The notes beneath the pieces were generated by a model. That model had not been told where the DNA came from, searched no databases, and saw only the letters and a program-made list of their open reading frames with translations. From assembly GCA_963514005.1 (NCBI GenBank), contig OY740807.1:2356001-2420000 (forward strand): a stretch of DNA of 64,000 bases. Reading direction: 5' to 3'. Numbering within the stretch: position 1 is the first letter of the stretch; each line of letters begins with the position of its first letter. Both the position numbers and the translations under genes were made by a program. The DNA comes from Raja brachyura. Lineage: Eukaryota. This document shows positions 1 through 14,110 of this stretch, piece by piece.

Positions 1-240
1 GAGCAGTGCGAAATACAAATATATTCTGTTGCATAAAATGTTCATTGCACTCCATAGATTCCCTGTGTACTGTAAAGTTAGCTTTCTACATTACATAAAG
101 ATATGTTTAAATGGAATAAAGATGTTCCCTGTGTGTTTTGTCTCATGGCAACGCAATTATCACAATCAGTCTGTTGCATGCACCACCTGCTGGTCACTCT
201 CGGTCAGTAAGAATAGATTGGCAAGTGATGTTCTCACCAT

Positions 241-336
241 AGGTAGACAAAAGTGCTGGAGAAACTCAGCGGGTGCAACAGCATCCATGGAGTGAAGGAA
301 ATAGGCACCATTTCGGGCCGAACCCCTTCTTCAGAC
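241..336 (-). mobile_element. 96-bp Penelope-derived element with hammerhead-like core
   Basis: 12-bp TSD TGTTCTCACCAT (229-240, 337-348). Confidence 0.8.
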
Positions 337-744
337 TGTTCTCACCATGCTGTTCACCTGTGTAGCCACTTGCTAGTAACTGTAGACAATATACAATAGA
401 CAATAGACAATAGGTGCAGGAGTAGGCCATTTGGCCCTTTGAGCCAGCACCGCCATTCAATGTGATCATGGCTGATCATCCCCAATCATCCGACAAACAC
501 AGGGTCATCCTCTCCCAGACTGTTTACGATCTCATCACCAATTCTCCTATTACCTGCCACACTTTGTCCTGCCCCTCCTCTCTTGTTGCTTTCTTCCCCT
601 CCCTCCCCTACAATCAGTCTGAGTAAGGGTCCTAACTTGAAACGTCACCTATCCAAGCTCGCTGGATATGCTGCCGGACCTGCTGAGTTGCTCAAGCACT
701 TTGAGTCTTTTTCTGTCTTTTTATTTCTGGCCTTTGTCCAACCA

Positions 745-1681
745 TCTGCCTATCTGGAAAGGGATCCTAGCAGAAAAGAGGATGGAACAGCAATGGCAGG
801 AATTTCTGGGCATAATCTGGAAGACGCAGGATCATTTCATTCCAAAACGTAATAAAGAATCTAAGGGGAGTAGGCGGCAACCGTGGCTGACAAGAGAAGT
901 TAGGGATAGAATAGGACTAAAAGAAAAGATGTATAACACAGCAAAGAATAGCCAGAAGCCAGAGGACTGGGAAACTTTCATAGGACAACAGAAGGAAGCA
1001 AAACGGGTAATACGGGCTGAAAAGATGAAGTACGAGGGGTAGCTAGCCAGGAATGTAAAGAAGGACAGCAAAAGCTTCTTTAGATATGTTAAGGGAAAAA
1101 GATTAGCAAAGTCAACTGTGGGTCCCTTGAAGGCAGACACGGGTGAAATTATTATGGATAACAAAGAAATGGCAGAAGAGTTGAATAGGTATTTCGGATC
1201 TGTGTTCAATAAGGAAGGCACAAACAATCTCCCAGATGTACTGGAGGACGGAGGATTCTGCAGTTGTACAGGGTTCTGGTAACGCCACATCTGGAGTATT
1301 GTGTACAGTTTTGATCTAATTTGAGGAAGGACATCCTTGTGATTGAGGCAGTGCAGCGTAGGTTCACGAGATTGATCCCTGTGATGGTGGGACTGTCATA
1401 TGAGGAAAGATTGAAAAGACTAGGCTTGTATTCACTGGAGTTTAGAAGGATGAGGGGGGGATCTTATAGAAACATATAAAATTATAAAAGGACTGGACAA
1501 GCTAGATGCAAGAAAAAATGCCCCCAATGGCGAGTCCAGAACCAGGGGCCACAGTCTCAGAATAAAGGGGAGGCCATTTAAGAGTGAGGCAAGGAAAAAC
1601 ATTTTCACCCAGAGAATTGTGAATTTGTGGAATTACCTGCCACAGAGGGCAGTGGTGGCCAACTCACCGGATGGATTTAAC
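745..1681 (+). mobile_element. Internally deleted CR1 ORF2 fragment
   Basis: QQWQEFLGII..PWLT..; jumps to the RT C-terminus at about 1260. Confidence 0.85.
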
Positions 1682-4600
1682 AGAAACATAGAAAATAGGT
1701 GCAGGAGTAGGCCATTCGGCCCTTCGAGCCTGCACTGCCATTCAATGTGATCATGGCTGATCATCCAACTCAGTATCCCGTACCTGCCTTCTCTCCATAC
1801 CCCCTGATCCCTTTTGTAACAAGTGCCACATCTAACGCCCTCTTAAATATAGCCAATGAACTGGCCTCAACTACCTTCTGTGGCAGAGAATTCCAGAGAC
1901 TCACCACTCTCTGTGTAAAGAATGTTTTCCTCATTTCGGTCCTAAAGGAATTCCCCCTTATCCTTAGACTGTGACCCCTTGTTCTGGACTCCCCCAACAT
2001 CCGGAACAATCTTCCAGCATCTAGCTTGTCCAACCCCTTAAGAATTTTGTAAGTTTCTATAAGATCCCCCCTCAATCTTCAAAATTCCAGCGAATACAAG
2101 CCGAGTCTATCCAATCTTTCCTCATATGAAAGTCCTGACATCCCAGGAATCAGTCTGGTGAATCTTCTCTGTACCCCCTCTATGGCAAGGATGTCTTTCC
2201 TCAGATTTAGAGACCAAAACTGTACGCAATACTCCAGGTGTGGCCTCACCAAAACCCTGTACAACTGTAGTAGAACCTCCCTGCTCCTATACTCAAATCC
2301 TTTCGCTATGAATGCTAACATACCATTTGCTTTCTTCACTGCCTGCTGCACCTGCATGCCTACTTTCAATGACTGGTGTACCATGACATCCAGGTCTCGT
2401 TGCATCTCCCCCTTTCCTAATCTGCCACCATTCAGATAATAGTCTACCCTCATGTTTTTGCCACCAAAGTGGATAACCTCACATTTATCCACATTATACT
2501 GCATCTGCCATGCATCTGCCCATTCACTCAGCCTATCCAAACCACCCTGCAGCCTCCAAGCATCCTCCTCACACCTAACTATACCCCCCAGCTTGGTATC
2601 ATCTGCAAATTTGGAGATGTTGCATTGAATTCCCTCGTCCAAATCATTAATATATATTGTAAATAGCTGGGGTCCCAGCACTGAGCCTTGCGGCACCCCA
2701 CTAGTCACTGCCTGCCATTCTGAAAAGGACCCGTTTACTCCTACCCTTTGCCTCCTGTCTGCTAGCCAGTTCTCTATCCACATCAATACCGAACCCCCAA
2801 TACCGTGTGCTTTAAGTTTGTATGCTAATCTCTTATGCGGGACCTTGTCGAAAGCCTTCTGAAAGTCTAGATATAACACATCCACTGGTTCTCCCTTATC
2901 CACTCTACCAGTTACATCCTCGAAAAATTCTATCAGATTTGTCAGACATGATTTACCTTTCGTAAATCCATGCTGACTTTGTCCAATGATTTCACCACTT
3001 TCCAAATGCGCTGCTATCCCATCTTTAATAACTGACTCTAGCAGTTTCCCCACTACCGATGTTAGACTAACTGGTCTGTAATTCCCCGCTTTCTCTCTCC
3101 CTCCTTTTTTAAAAAGTGGGGTTACATTAGCTACCCTCCAATCCTCAGGAACTACTCCAGAATCTAAGGAATTTTGAAAAATTATCACTAATGCATCCAC
3201 TATTTCTGTGGCTACTTCCTTGAGTACTCTGGGATGCAGACTATCTGGCCCTGGGGATTTATCGGCCTTCAATCCATTCAATTTACCCAACACCACCTCC
3301 CGGCTAACCTGGATTTCACTCAGTTCCTCCATCTTATTTGACCCCCGTTCCACTGCTATTTCCGGCAGATTATTTATGTCTTCCTTAGTGAAGACAGAAC
3401 CAAAGTAGTTATTCAATTGGTCTGCCATATCCTTGTTCCCCATGATCAATTCACCTGTTTCTGACTGCAAGGGACCAACATTTATTTTAACTAGTCTCTT
3501 TCTCTTCACATATCTATAAAAACATTTGCAGTCAGTTTTTACGTTCCCTGCCAGTTTCCTTTCATAATCTATTTTCCCTTTCCTAATTAAGCCCTTTGTC
3601 CTCCTCTGCTGGATTCTGAATTTCTCCCAGTCCTCCGGTAGGCTGCTTTTTCTGGCAAATTTGTATGCCTCATTTTTTTTTTATACTATCCCTGATTTCC
3701 CTTGTTATCCATGGATGCACCACCTTCCCCGATTTATTCTTTTGCCAAACTGGTATGAACAACTTTTGTACTTCATCCATGCAGTCTTTAAATACCTTCC
3801 ATTGCACATCCACTGTCAACCCTTTAAGAATCACCTGCCAGTCTATCTTGGCCAATTCACATCTCATACCTTCAAAGTTACCTTTGTTCAAGTTCAGAAC
3901 CCTTGTTTCTGACTTAATTTTGTCACTCTCCATCCTAATGAAGAACTCAACCATATTATGGTCACTCTTGCCCAAGGGGCCACGCACAACAAGACTGCTA
4001 ACTAACCCTTCATCATTACTCAATACCCAGTCTAGAATAGCCTGCTCTCTCGTCGGTTCCTCCACATGTTGGTTGAGAAAACTATCCCGCATACATTCCA
4101 GGAAATCCTCTTCCTCAGCACCCCTGCCAATTTGATTCACCCAATCTACATGCAGATTGAAGTCACCCATTATAACCGTGTTACCCTTGTTGCACACATT
4201 TCTAATTTCCTGTTTGATGCCATCCCCAACTCCAATACTACTGTTAGGTGGCCTGTACACAGCTCCCACTAGTGTTTTCTGCCCCTTAGAGTTTTGCAGC
4301 TCTACCCATATCGATTCCACATCCTCCACGCTAATGTCCTTCCTTTCTATTGCATTAATCTCCTCTCTCACCAGCAACGCTACCCCACCTCCTTTTCCTT
4401 TTCGTCTATCCCTCCCGAGTGTTGAATATCCCTGGATGTTCAGCTCCCAGCCTTGGTCATCCTGGAGCCATGTCTCCGTGATCCCAACTATAGCATAGTC
4501 ATTAATCGCTATCTGCACCTTCAACTCACCCACCTTATTACGAATGCTCCTCGCATTGAGACACAAAGCCTTCAGACTTGTTTTTACAACACTCTTACTC

Positions 4601-6000
4601 CTTATACAATTATGTTGACAAGTGGCCCCTTTCACATCGATCCCTATTACACTTGGCCATACTCTCCTATCCCTTTGTGAGCTTTCTTTCCCGTTAATTC
4701 TGGGGTCATTAACCATCCCTTTACTCTCTTTCCCTTTAACTCCGTTCTCGATTATCCCATTTGACACCCCACCCCCCTTATTCAGTTTAAAACCATCCGT
4801 GTAGCAGTGGCAAACCTGCTGGCCAGAATGCTGGTCCCCCACCTGTTAAGATGCAATCCGTCCCTTTTGTACAAAACCTTACTCCAAAACAGATCCCAGT
4901 GATCTAAGAATCTAAATCCCTGCCCCCTGCACCAGTCCCTCAGCCACACATTCAGGTCCCGTATCTCCCTGTTCCTGCTCTCGCCAGCACGAGGAACTGG
5001 AAGCAAACCGGAGATAACAACCCTGGAAGACCTGCTTTTCAGCATTTTTCCAAGCTCTCTGAAGTCCCGCTGCAAAATATTCATCCCCTTCTTTCCAACA
5101 TCATTTGTGCCAACATGCACGACCACTTCCGGCTGTTCACCTTCGCCCTTGAGGATTGTCTGCACTCTATCCGTAACATCCTGGATCCTGGCACCAGGAA
5201 GGCAGCACACCATCCTGGAATCCCGTCTGTTGCCTCAAAAACCCCTGTCCGTACCTCTCACAATGGAGTCTCCAACTACAATGGCGTTGCCCGACTTTGG
5301 CCTCTTTGGTTTTGGCTCATCAGCCCTTTTTGTTTTGCAAGCCAGTCCGCCGCTCAGTGAGATACCGTCTTCTGTCCCGGCAGCTTCCACGTGGGTGAAC
5401 CTGTTCACAAGAGGTACAACACCCGGGGACCTTTGCATTCCATGTTTTCCTCCCTTTCTCACCGTCACCCACCTTCTCTCTTCTAGTGCCTTGGGTGTAA
5501 CAATCTTACTGAAGGACTTGTCGAGGAACGACTCAGTTTCTCGGATGAACCTGAGGTCATCCACTTGTTTCTCCAGTTCTCCAACACGGTCCTTCAGGAG
5601 CTGTACCTGGATGCACTTCTCACATTTGTAGCATCCAGAGGCACCAGCAGTGTCCTTGACCTCCCACATACTGCAAGCATCACACTGCATCAGCTTGCTT
5701 GACATCTCCTTCTTTTGCCTCGGTCTCTCCCTATCCAGTGTTTTGCGCAGCCTCCTCTCCGAAGACTCTCGAGCCAAAGACTCACACTTTACTCACAGGG
5801 CACTTCCCTCACTGCCGCTCCCCAAGAGCTGCCTTGCTTATATTGACTGTTCAATTGCCTAATTTACAAACCAAATTCCTCAGTTTTCAACTGTTTTCCC
5901 CCTCTGACTCACTGAGAACTCTCCACCCACTTGGCTAGAGCCAATCAGTGCTTTCTCCTGCTTCTCTTTGTTGCTGTTGCTTCAAAATCCACGGGAAGCA
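1682..6000 (-). mobile_element. Near full-length CR1 LINE, inactivated
   Basis: ORF1 (4782-5705): CxxC..CxxC, coiled coil, SGNH esterase GDSIVR/HVGTND/DGLH, one nonsense at 5235. ORF2 APE+RT (1770-4842, FADD): frameshift at the T-run near 3675 and nonsense at 2079. CTATGTTT-type tail. Confidence 0.95.
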
Positions 6001-6170
6001 CAAGAGAGTTAGATAGAGCTCTAAGGACGTGGAATCAAGGGATATGGGGAGAAGGCAGGCACGGGTTATTGATTTGGGACGATCAGCTATGATCACAATG
6101 AATGGCAGTGCTGGCTCCAAGGGCCGAATGTCCTCCTCCTGCATCTATTTTCTATATTTCTATGTTTCTA
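6001..6170 (+). mobile_element. CR1 3' end fragment
   Basis: 3' UTR with TATGTTTCTA tail. Confidence 0.8.
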
Positions 6171-6224
6171 AATCTTAGAGATTGTAGCCACAAAAGCATT
6201 TTATTCTGGTTTTAGTTCGAAAAT

Positions 6225-6341
6225 CAGGGGAGAATGCAGACCCCCGCTATCACAAATGTTGCAGTTGAGTATCCCGCATTTGGGGACATTGTAGGCGTCA
6301 GCACACCCGAAATGCAATGGGATAGCCTCGTCCTGGAGAAC
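6225..6341 (-). pseudogene. U1: 5'-truncated U1 snRNA copy
   Basis: Minus strand reads GTTCTCCAGGACGAGGCTATCCCATTGCATTTCGGGTGTGCTGAC..CCCCAAATGCGGGATACTCAACTGCAACATTTGTGATAGCGGGGGTCTGCATTCTCCCCTG. This matches U1 from about nt 41 to the 3' end (U1A loop, Sm site, stem IV). Confidence 0.9.
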
Positions 6342-6344
6342 TCT

Positions 6345-6662
6345 TTAAACATTATTTCAAAATAGACTTTATTCAAGTAATAAATATATACAATACAGGA
6401 ACCGTGCAAAAATGTCATCTGACAATTTCGGAGGCTATACAAACATTCAAAACTGTTTACACAAATTTCACACATTTATCCCCCACGTTTGCCACTCATG
6501 AGACCCACTGGCATGGAATCCCTTCCCTTATTTTTGAGGGGCATCCCCACCACACCCTGCCCGCCAATGTCCAGCAGCGGAATGACCCTCGACCCTGGTC
6601 TTCCCCCACAGAGCCTTGGCATTGGCTGCACCAAGCTTCAGTGCATCCCTCAGCAAATACCC
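6345..6662 (-). mobile_element. Tx1-like LINE 3' end
   Basis: ORF2 C-terminus YLLRDALKLGAANAKALWGKTRV and 3' UTR ending AATAAAGTCTATTTTG. Confidence 0.65.
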
Positions 6663-7256
6663 AAGTTCAAGTTCAAGTGAGTTTATTATCATGTGTCCCT
6701 GATAGGACAATGAAATTCTTGCTGTGCTTGAGCACACAGAACATAGAAGGCATTTACTACAAAACAGATCAGTGTGTCCATATACCATATATAAATATGT
6801 ACACACATGAATAAATAAACAAATAAAGTGCAAATAACAGACAATGGGTTATTAGTTATCAGAGTTTTGTCCGAGCCAGGTTTAATAGCCTGATGGCTGT
6901 GGGTAAGTAGCTATTCCTGAACCTGGTCATTGCAGTCTTCAGGCTCCTGTACCTTCTACCTGAAGGTAGCAGGGAGATGAGTGTGTGGCCAGGATGGTGT
7001 GGGTCTTTGATGATACTGCCAGCCTTTTTGAGGCAGCGACTGCAGTAAATCCCCTCGATGGAAGGAAGGTCAGAGCCGATAATGGACTGGGCAGTGCTTA
7101 CTACTTTTTGTAGTCTTTTCCTCTCCAGGGCGCTCAAGTTGCCGAACCAAGCCACGATGCAACCGGTCAGCAAGCTCTCTACTGTGCACCTGTAGAAGTT
7201 AGAGAGAGTCCTCCTTGACAAACTGACTCTCCGTAATCTTCTCAGGAAGTAGAGGC
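6663..7256 (-). mobile_element. Rex1/Babar LINE 3' fragment
   Basis: FYRCTVESLLTGCIVAWFG..IIKDPHHPGH..LPSGRRYRS..RFRNSY..AIRLLN; AATAAA plus (TGAACT)n tail. Confidence 0.88.
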
Positions 7257-7590
7257 TTCCTAAAATTTATAAGGAAAATCCTATAATTTTAAGCAATATA
7301 CGTATTTGGAAACAAATAGTTAAGACTTTACATTTAGAAACTATGCCGCTTTGTTTAACAATTATGAATAATCCTCTGTTTAAGCCCTCGTCATTGGATG
7401 TGGGGTTTAGACATTGGAAAAAATTAGGAATTATAAGGATAGAACATCTTTACAGGAATGGGAAATTTCTCTCATTTCAGGAGTTGAAAGATATTTATGG
7501 ATTGCATGCAAATAACTTACTTAGATATTTACAAATCAGGGATTATGTCAAATCAAATACGCAAGATTATAGAAATAGAGAACCAGGTTT
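7257..7590 (+). mobile_element. L1-clade ORF2 fragment
   Basis: NNPLFKPS..W..LGI..SFQEL..YLQIRDYV, same family as 16099-17703. Confidence 0.8.
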
Positions 7591-7618
7591 ACTGGTTATT
7601 AAAAGGGGGTTGGAATGG

Positions 7619-9061
7619 CAGGGTAACAAACATTTTATGTGAAATAATGTGCGCGCGGCGCACATCATGAGTGCGAAGCCCATCGTGGCCGGGGTCCAGG
7701 GCCCGCTTAAGGGCCCAGGAAGCACTGGGGTTTTAGATGCTCTTTGAAGCATTCGGAGCCTTATTTTGGAGCATTTATGCACCAATTTTATGACCAATAT
7801 TTCAGAAATAATTTTGTTTGAGTCAAGAGTAATGAGTGGGTGGAATGGGATGATTGGGGTAATTGTTGTAATCATTTTTTTTAAATCAAGAATTGTTGTC
7901 CTTTTTTATAATCAAATTGTACTGTTGTAAAATGTTATGTAAAATGTTATAAAGGAGCATGTAGAAACTGCAAATAAAATACTATAAGTTTTTGCAGTAA
8001 AGAAAACCCTTTTCAGAAAATGTTTTGTTTATTGATTTGATTGCCTGTTACTGTTAGACTGTGTTAGTGTGTGCAGTGCACCTTTAATGGTCCTCCTGAC
8101 CGAACAACTCAACATCACATCAATTGCAACATGGAATAGTGATGTGAATACAACATTTAGTTCGACTTCAATTTCCATCATTAAAATTGAAGTCAAACTA
8201 AATGATGCCTTTACATTACTACGACCGCTTTCAAACTAACCAAACTAATAGTATGACCTACTGTCATACTATTATAACAAATTCTAGTTCCATGATGATT
8301 CATAAACAAGATCACAAATCACATTTTGAATTCTCAAACAAAATGTGATTTTGAATAATTGCAGAGCTGCCAAGTTTCACCGAGCATTTCCGTATTTTGA
8401 TGGCTCCAATCAGTATTTTGTTGGGGAAATTGGTATTTCTCACATGAATGCAATAGAACGTACTACACAGAATTTTCAGTATTTTGCATGCAACCTCATG
8501 GATTCTCAAATATCAGTATGGAATACTGAAAATCTGTCCAACTGAATTGTGAAATCATTTATGAAACGTGAATTTATAATTCTTGATTTTGATTCCATAA
8601 CATCAAAAATATATAGCATAACATCAAATTCACATTTCATCATAGAGCTTACCAAACAATCAAACATGCCGGCATCATGCTGCATAATCATTCAGGTGCT
8701 CCTGGTAAATGTCACATAAACGTGAGTAGCATGGTAAGTACAATTTAAAAGAATCACCCAGTGTTAATATTGTTGAGCCATGCTGACTAGCATGACTGGA
8801 ATTAGTTCACTGTCACTCAGCACCCAGCATGCTGGCATGATGCTGCAAAATCATTCAGGTGCTTCTGAATGTATATTGCCATTTGTCACTACTGTCACTA
8901 CTTCTACTAATGCAAGGGCATTCGTTGGCCTTAGCCTATATGCCATCCCTGGTTCCACGAATATAGCACCTCAGACCAGTTTATCTAGCAAGGCAGTCAT
9001 CAGATTGTTAATGCTGTCAAAGCATGTGTCGTTCCGCAGTACACTGATGTAGGTGACCCTA
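7619..9061. mobile_element. Possible non-autonomous hAT-like DNA transposon
   Basis: Imperfect TIRs CAGGGTAACAAACAT / ATGTAGGTGACCCTA (11 of 15 match); GC-rich palindromic subterminus GGGCCCGCTTAAGGGCCC. Confidence 0.3.
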
Positions 9062-9074
9062 CTTCTATCTCTTC

Positions 9075-12000
9075 TTGCAGTGCCGCAAGGCTCGGTGTTG
9101 GGCCGCAACTGTTTACCATATATATTAATGACTTGGAAGAGGAAATTAGGAGCAACACTAGCAAGTTTGCGGATGACACAAAGCTGGGTGGCAGTGTGAA
9201 CTGTGAAGAGGATGTTGGGAAGTTGCAGGGTGACCTTGCCAGGTTGAGTGGGCAGATGCATGGCAGATGCAGTATAATATAGATGTGAGGTTATCCACTT
9301 TGGCGGCAAAAACAAGGGGGCAGATTATTATCTCAATAGGGTTAGGTTGGGTAAGGGGGAGGTACAGCGAGACCTGGGCGTCCTTGCACACCGGTCACTG
9401 AAAGTTGGTGTGCCGGTACAGCAGGCAATGAAGAAAGCTAATGGAATGTTGGCCTTCATAACAAGAGGATTTCAGTGTAGGAGTAAAGAGGCTCTTCTGC
9501 AGTTGTTTTGGGCTCTGGTGAGACCACATCTGGAGTATTGTGCACAGTTTTGGTCTCCTAATTTGAGGAAGGACATCCTTGTGATTGAGGCAGTGCAGCT
9601 TAGGTTCACGAGATTGATCCCTGGGATGGCGGGACTGTCATATCAGGAAAGATGGAAAAGACTAGGCTTGTATTCACTGGCGTTTAGAAGGATGAGGGGG
9701 GATCTTATAGAAACATAAAACATTATAAAAAAAACTGGAAAAGCTAGCAGCAGGAAAAATGTTCCCAATCTTGAATGAGTCCAGAACCAGGGGCCACAGT
9801 CTTAGAATAAAGGGGAGGTCATTTACGACTGAGGTGAGAAAAAACGTTTGATAAGGCACAATCAATCACAAAGTTCCACATAATGTTATGTGGAACAGAG
9901 GGATCTAGGAATAACTGTGGATAGTTCCCTGAAGGCGGAATCACATGTAGATAGGGTGGTAAAGAAAGCTTTTGGTTTGCTGGCCTTTATAAAAGAGCAT
10001 TGAATATAGGAGTAGGGAAGTAATGTTAAAATTGTACAAGGCATTGGTGAGACGAATTCTGGAGTATGGTGTACAATTTTGGTTGTCTAATTATAGGAAG
10101 GATGTCAACAAAATAGAGGGTACAGAGGAGATTTACTACAATGTTGCCTGGGTTCCAGCAACTAAGTTACAGAGAAAGGTTGAACAAGTTAGGTCTTTAT
10201 TCTTTGGAGCGCAGAAGGTTAAGGGGGGGACTTGATTGAGGTCTTTAAAATGATGAAAGGGATAGACAGAGTTGACGTGGATAAGCTTTTCCCATTGACG
10301 GTAGGGAAGATTCAAACAAGAGGGCATGACATGAGAATTTAGGGGTAACATGAGGGAGAACTTCTTTACTCAGAGAGTGGTGGCTGTGTGGAATGATCTT
10401 CCCGCAGAAGAGGCGGAGGCAGGAATGATTTTAACATTTAAAAGTAAAGTGGATAGGTATATGGAGAAGGCCTGTTTCCGTGCTGTAATTGTTATATGGT
10501 TATGTGGTTATAAAGTCAAATGTGGGTCCCTTGAAAGCAGACACATGTGAAATAATTATGGGCAACAATGAAATGGCAGAAGAGTTGAATAGGTACTTCG
10601 GATCCCTCTTCACTAAAGAGGACACAAACAATCTCCCAGATGTACTGGAGGACAGAAGACCTAAGGGGGTAGAGGAACTGAAAGAAATCTTCATTAGGTG
10701 AGAAATAGTATTGGGTAGGCTAATGGGATTGAAGGATGATAAATCCCCTGGGCCTGATGGTCTGCATCCCAGGGTGCTCAGGGAGGTGGCTCTAGAAATA
10801 GTGGATGCATTGGTGATCATTTTCCAATGTTCAATCGAATCAGGATCAGTTCCTGTGGATTGGAGGATAGCTAAGGTTATCCCACTTTTCAAGAAAGGAG
10901 CGAGTGAGAAAACGGGGAATTACAGACCAGTTAGCCTGACTTCGGTGGTGGGAAAGATGCTGGAGTCAATTATTAAAGAAGTAATAATGGAGCATTTGGA
11001 TAGCAGTAAAAGGATGAGTCCAAGTCAACATAGATTCATGAAAGGGAAATCATGCTTGACTAATCTTCAGGATTTTTTTGAGGATGTGACAAGTAAAATA
11101 GATGAAGGGCTGCCAGTGGATGTAGTGTATCTAGACTTTCAGAAAGCCTTTGATAAGGCCCCGCACGGGAAACTGGTGACTAAAATTAGAGCACATGGTA
11201 TTGGGGGTAGGGTGTTGACATGGATAGAAAATTGGTTGGCAGACAGGATGCAAAGAGTAGGGGTGAACGGGTCCTTTTCAGAATGGCAGGCAGTGGCGAG
11301 TGGAGTGCCGCAATGCTCGGTGTTGGGGCCGCAACAGTTTACCATATATATTATTGATTTGGAAGAGGGAATTAGGAGCAACACTAGCAAGTTTGCGGAT
11401 GACACAAAGCTGGGTGGCAGTGTGAACTGTGAAGAGGATGTTAGGAGGTTGCAGGGGGACCTGGACAGGTTGAGTGAGTGGGCAGATGCGTGGCAGATGC
11501 AGTATAATATAAATAAATGTGAGGTTATCCACTTTGGCGGCAAAAACAAGGGGGCAGATTATTATCTCAATGGGGTTAGGTTAGGTAAGGGGGAGGTACA
11601 GCGAGACCTGGGTGTCCTCGTACACCAGTCACTGAAAGTTGGCGTGCAGGTACAGCAGGCAGTGAAGAAAGCGAATGGAATGTTGGCCTTCATAACAAGA
11701 GGATTTCAGTACTGGAGTAAAGAGGTTCTTCTGCAGTTGTATAGGGCTCTGGTGAGACCACATCTGGAGTATTGTGTACAGTTTTGGTCTCATAATTTGA
11801 GGAAGGACATCTTAGTGATTGAGGCAGTGCAGCGTAGGTTCACGAGATTGATCCCTGGGATGGCGGGACTGTCATATGAGGAAAGATTGAAAAGACTAAG
11901 CTTGTATTCACTGGAGTTTAGAAAGATGAGGGGGGATCTTAGAGAAGCATATAAAATTATAAAAGGACTGGACAAGCTAGATGCAGGAAAAATGTTCCCA

Positions 12001-12310
12001 ATGTTGGGTGAGTCCAGAGCCAGGGGTCACAGTCTTAGAATAAAGAGGAGGTCATTTAAGACCGAGCTAAGAAAAAACTTTTTTACCCAGAGAGTTGTGA
12101 ATTTATGGAATTCCCTGGCAGAGGGCAGTGGAGGCCAAATCACTGGATGGATTTAAGAGAGAGTTGGATAGAGCTCTAGGGGCTAGTGGAGCCAAGGGAT
12201 ATGGGGAGAAGGCAGGCACGGGTTATTGATAGTGGACGATCAGCCATGATCACAATGAATGGCGGTGCTGGCTTGAAGGGCCGAATGGCCTCCTCCTGCA
12301 CCTATTTTCT
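9075..12310 (+). mobile_element. Three tandem CR1 ORF2 fragments (about 9075-9850, 9890-10510, 10510-12310)
   Basis: RT motifs; a 481-aa open RT at 10711-12156; subfamily-specific tails. Confidence 0.9.
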
Positions 12311-14110
12311 TTTTTTTTCGTCACTTAAATTTTTATTGATTTTTTAAGAGATATTTTCAAAACAGAGCAACACCATCACAATAAATAAAACAAAGTAAAA
12401 AAAAATAGCAATGAAATTAAGAAAATATGTAGACAGGGAAAAAAAAGAGAAATAAAAAGTAAATAAATTAAAAAATTGGAATAAGACCGTGTGGTTCACT
12501 TACCAAAATAAAAAAAATAAAAAACATTACATTGATTAGTTATCTGGAGATAATTCAACATTCATACAAACATACCGTCTAGTTCTATATAACGCAATCT
12601 TCCCATATCTAGCTCGGCATTTATCTAATTGGTGTCATGGCTCAAATAAACAGTCCATTTTTCCCAGATCTTCTCAAATGAATTCTCCTTGACTCTCAAG
12701 GAATATGTCAATTTCTCCATATTAAAGATGTCTCGCACAATTTCTCACCACTGGTTCCTGTTTTGGACTTTTTTCATTAAGCCATGCCTGGTAATGGCCT
12801 TCTTACTTGCTGCAAGCAAAGCTTTAATCAAATATGTATCTTCTATTTTTACACCAGATACATCACAGGGCAGGTATTTGGGATTTTATAACCCAAGATA
12901 TTATTTACAGCTGCATGAACATTTTCCCAGTATGACCTTATCTTTGCACAGTTCCAGAAAATATGCGAGTGGTCTGCCTCCGTACTCCCACACAGCCTCC
13001 AACAGTGTTGTTGGACAGCAAGTTGTCTGCTTTTTATTTTGGGTGTTATAAAAAAGCGAGGTAGATTCTTGCAGCAAAATTCTCTCCATACTAGTGAGCT
13101 TGTGGATGAACATTGTGTTTCACACATTTGATACCATTCTTCTTCTGTTATTTGAATCTTTAATTCTGCTTCCCATTTTGTTTTTATGTAGAGCGTTGAT
13201 TCTCCCCCGCTTTCCACCAGAGCTTGGTAGAAAGCAGAGATGACCCGAAACCCCTTCTGTTTGTATGCATCCACAATCACCTTGATCACATTATTTGAAG
13301 TTTCATCTCGTTCTGGCCTTATCTCTTTTATAAAGTAGTCTCTTAATTGCAAGTATCTAAAAACATCTTTGTTTTCGAGACCATACTTTGACTTTAAATC
13401 TTGGAAGCTCATAAACTCGCCATTTTCTGAAACTGTATACATTGCCGTTATGCCTTTTTGTGCCCATTCTTTGAATTTGGAATCATACACCCCTGGCTTA
13501 AACTTTGAGTCATATGCGAACCACTTCAATGCGTGAACCCCTCTTTTTAATTTGTATTTTTACACTATAACATTCCATATTTCTAACGTAAATGCTACTA
13601 ATCGATCCATAGCATGTTTCAAAGCCCCTCTCAGATATTTGTCTCCCACCAAAATCTGGGTCAGGTAACCCTGTATCTCCCTTTCCGTTCATAATCAGGT
13701 CTACACCAACAAGCCAGAGGTCTGAGGTGAGCTGCATAAGAGTATTTCTTCAGATTTGGTAAAGCCATTCCACCCTTGCTTTTCGGCAGTTGAAGTGTTG
13801 TTAGTTTTATTCTTGGTTTTTTGCTATTCCAATTGAATCTAGAGATCATTTTATCCCTGGCTATGAATTTATCTCGGGGAACATTAATTGGGAGAGATTG
13901 GAATAAATATAGTAGTTTAGGTAGGATATTCATTTTTACCGTTTGTATTCTGGCACTGAAGTCTGGAGGAAGGGTCGACCACCTCTCAACATCCTTTTTG
14001 ATGTTTTCTTCAATGTTGTTATATTTAGTTTCAAACAAGTTGGAAAGTGTTTTGGTTATAGTTACACCAAGATACTGCATCGTTTTAGTTCCATTTCAGA
14101 TTATATGCGT
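12311..14110 (-). mobile_element. L1-clade LINE 3' part
   Basis: [27 protein letters not shown]; C-terminal zinc knuckle CWRLC..H.FW.C; AATAAA and poly(A) at 12311-12337. Confidence 0.88.

Noticed and set aside
8312-9052. Short ORFs as a transposase
   Set aside because: No recognisable DDE or hAT motifs
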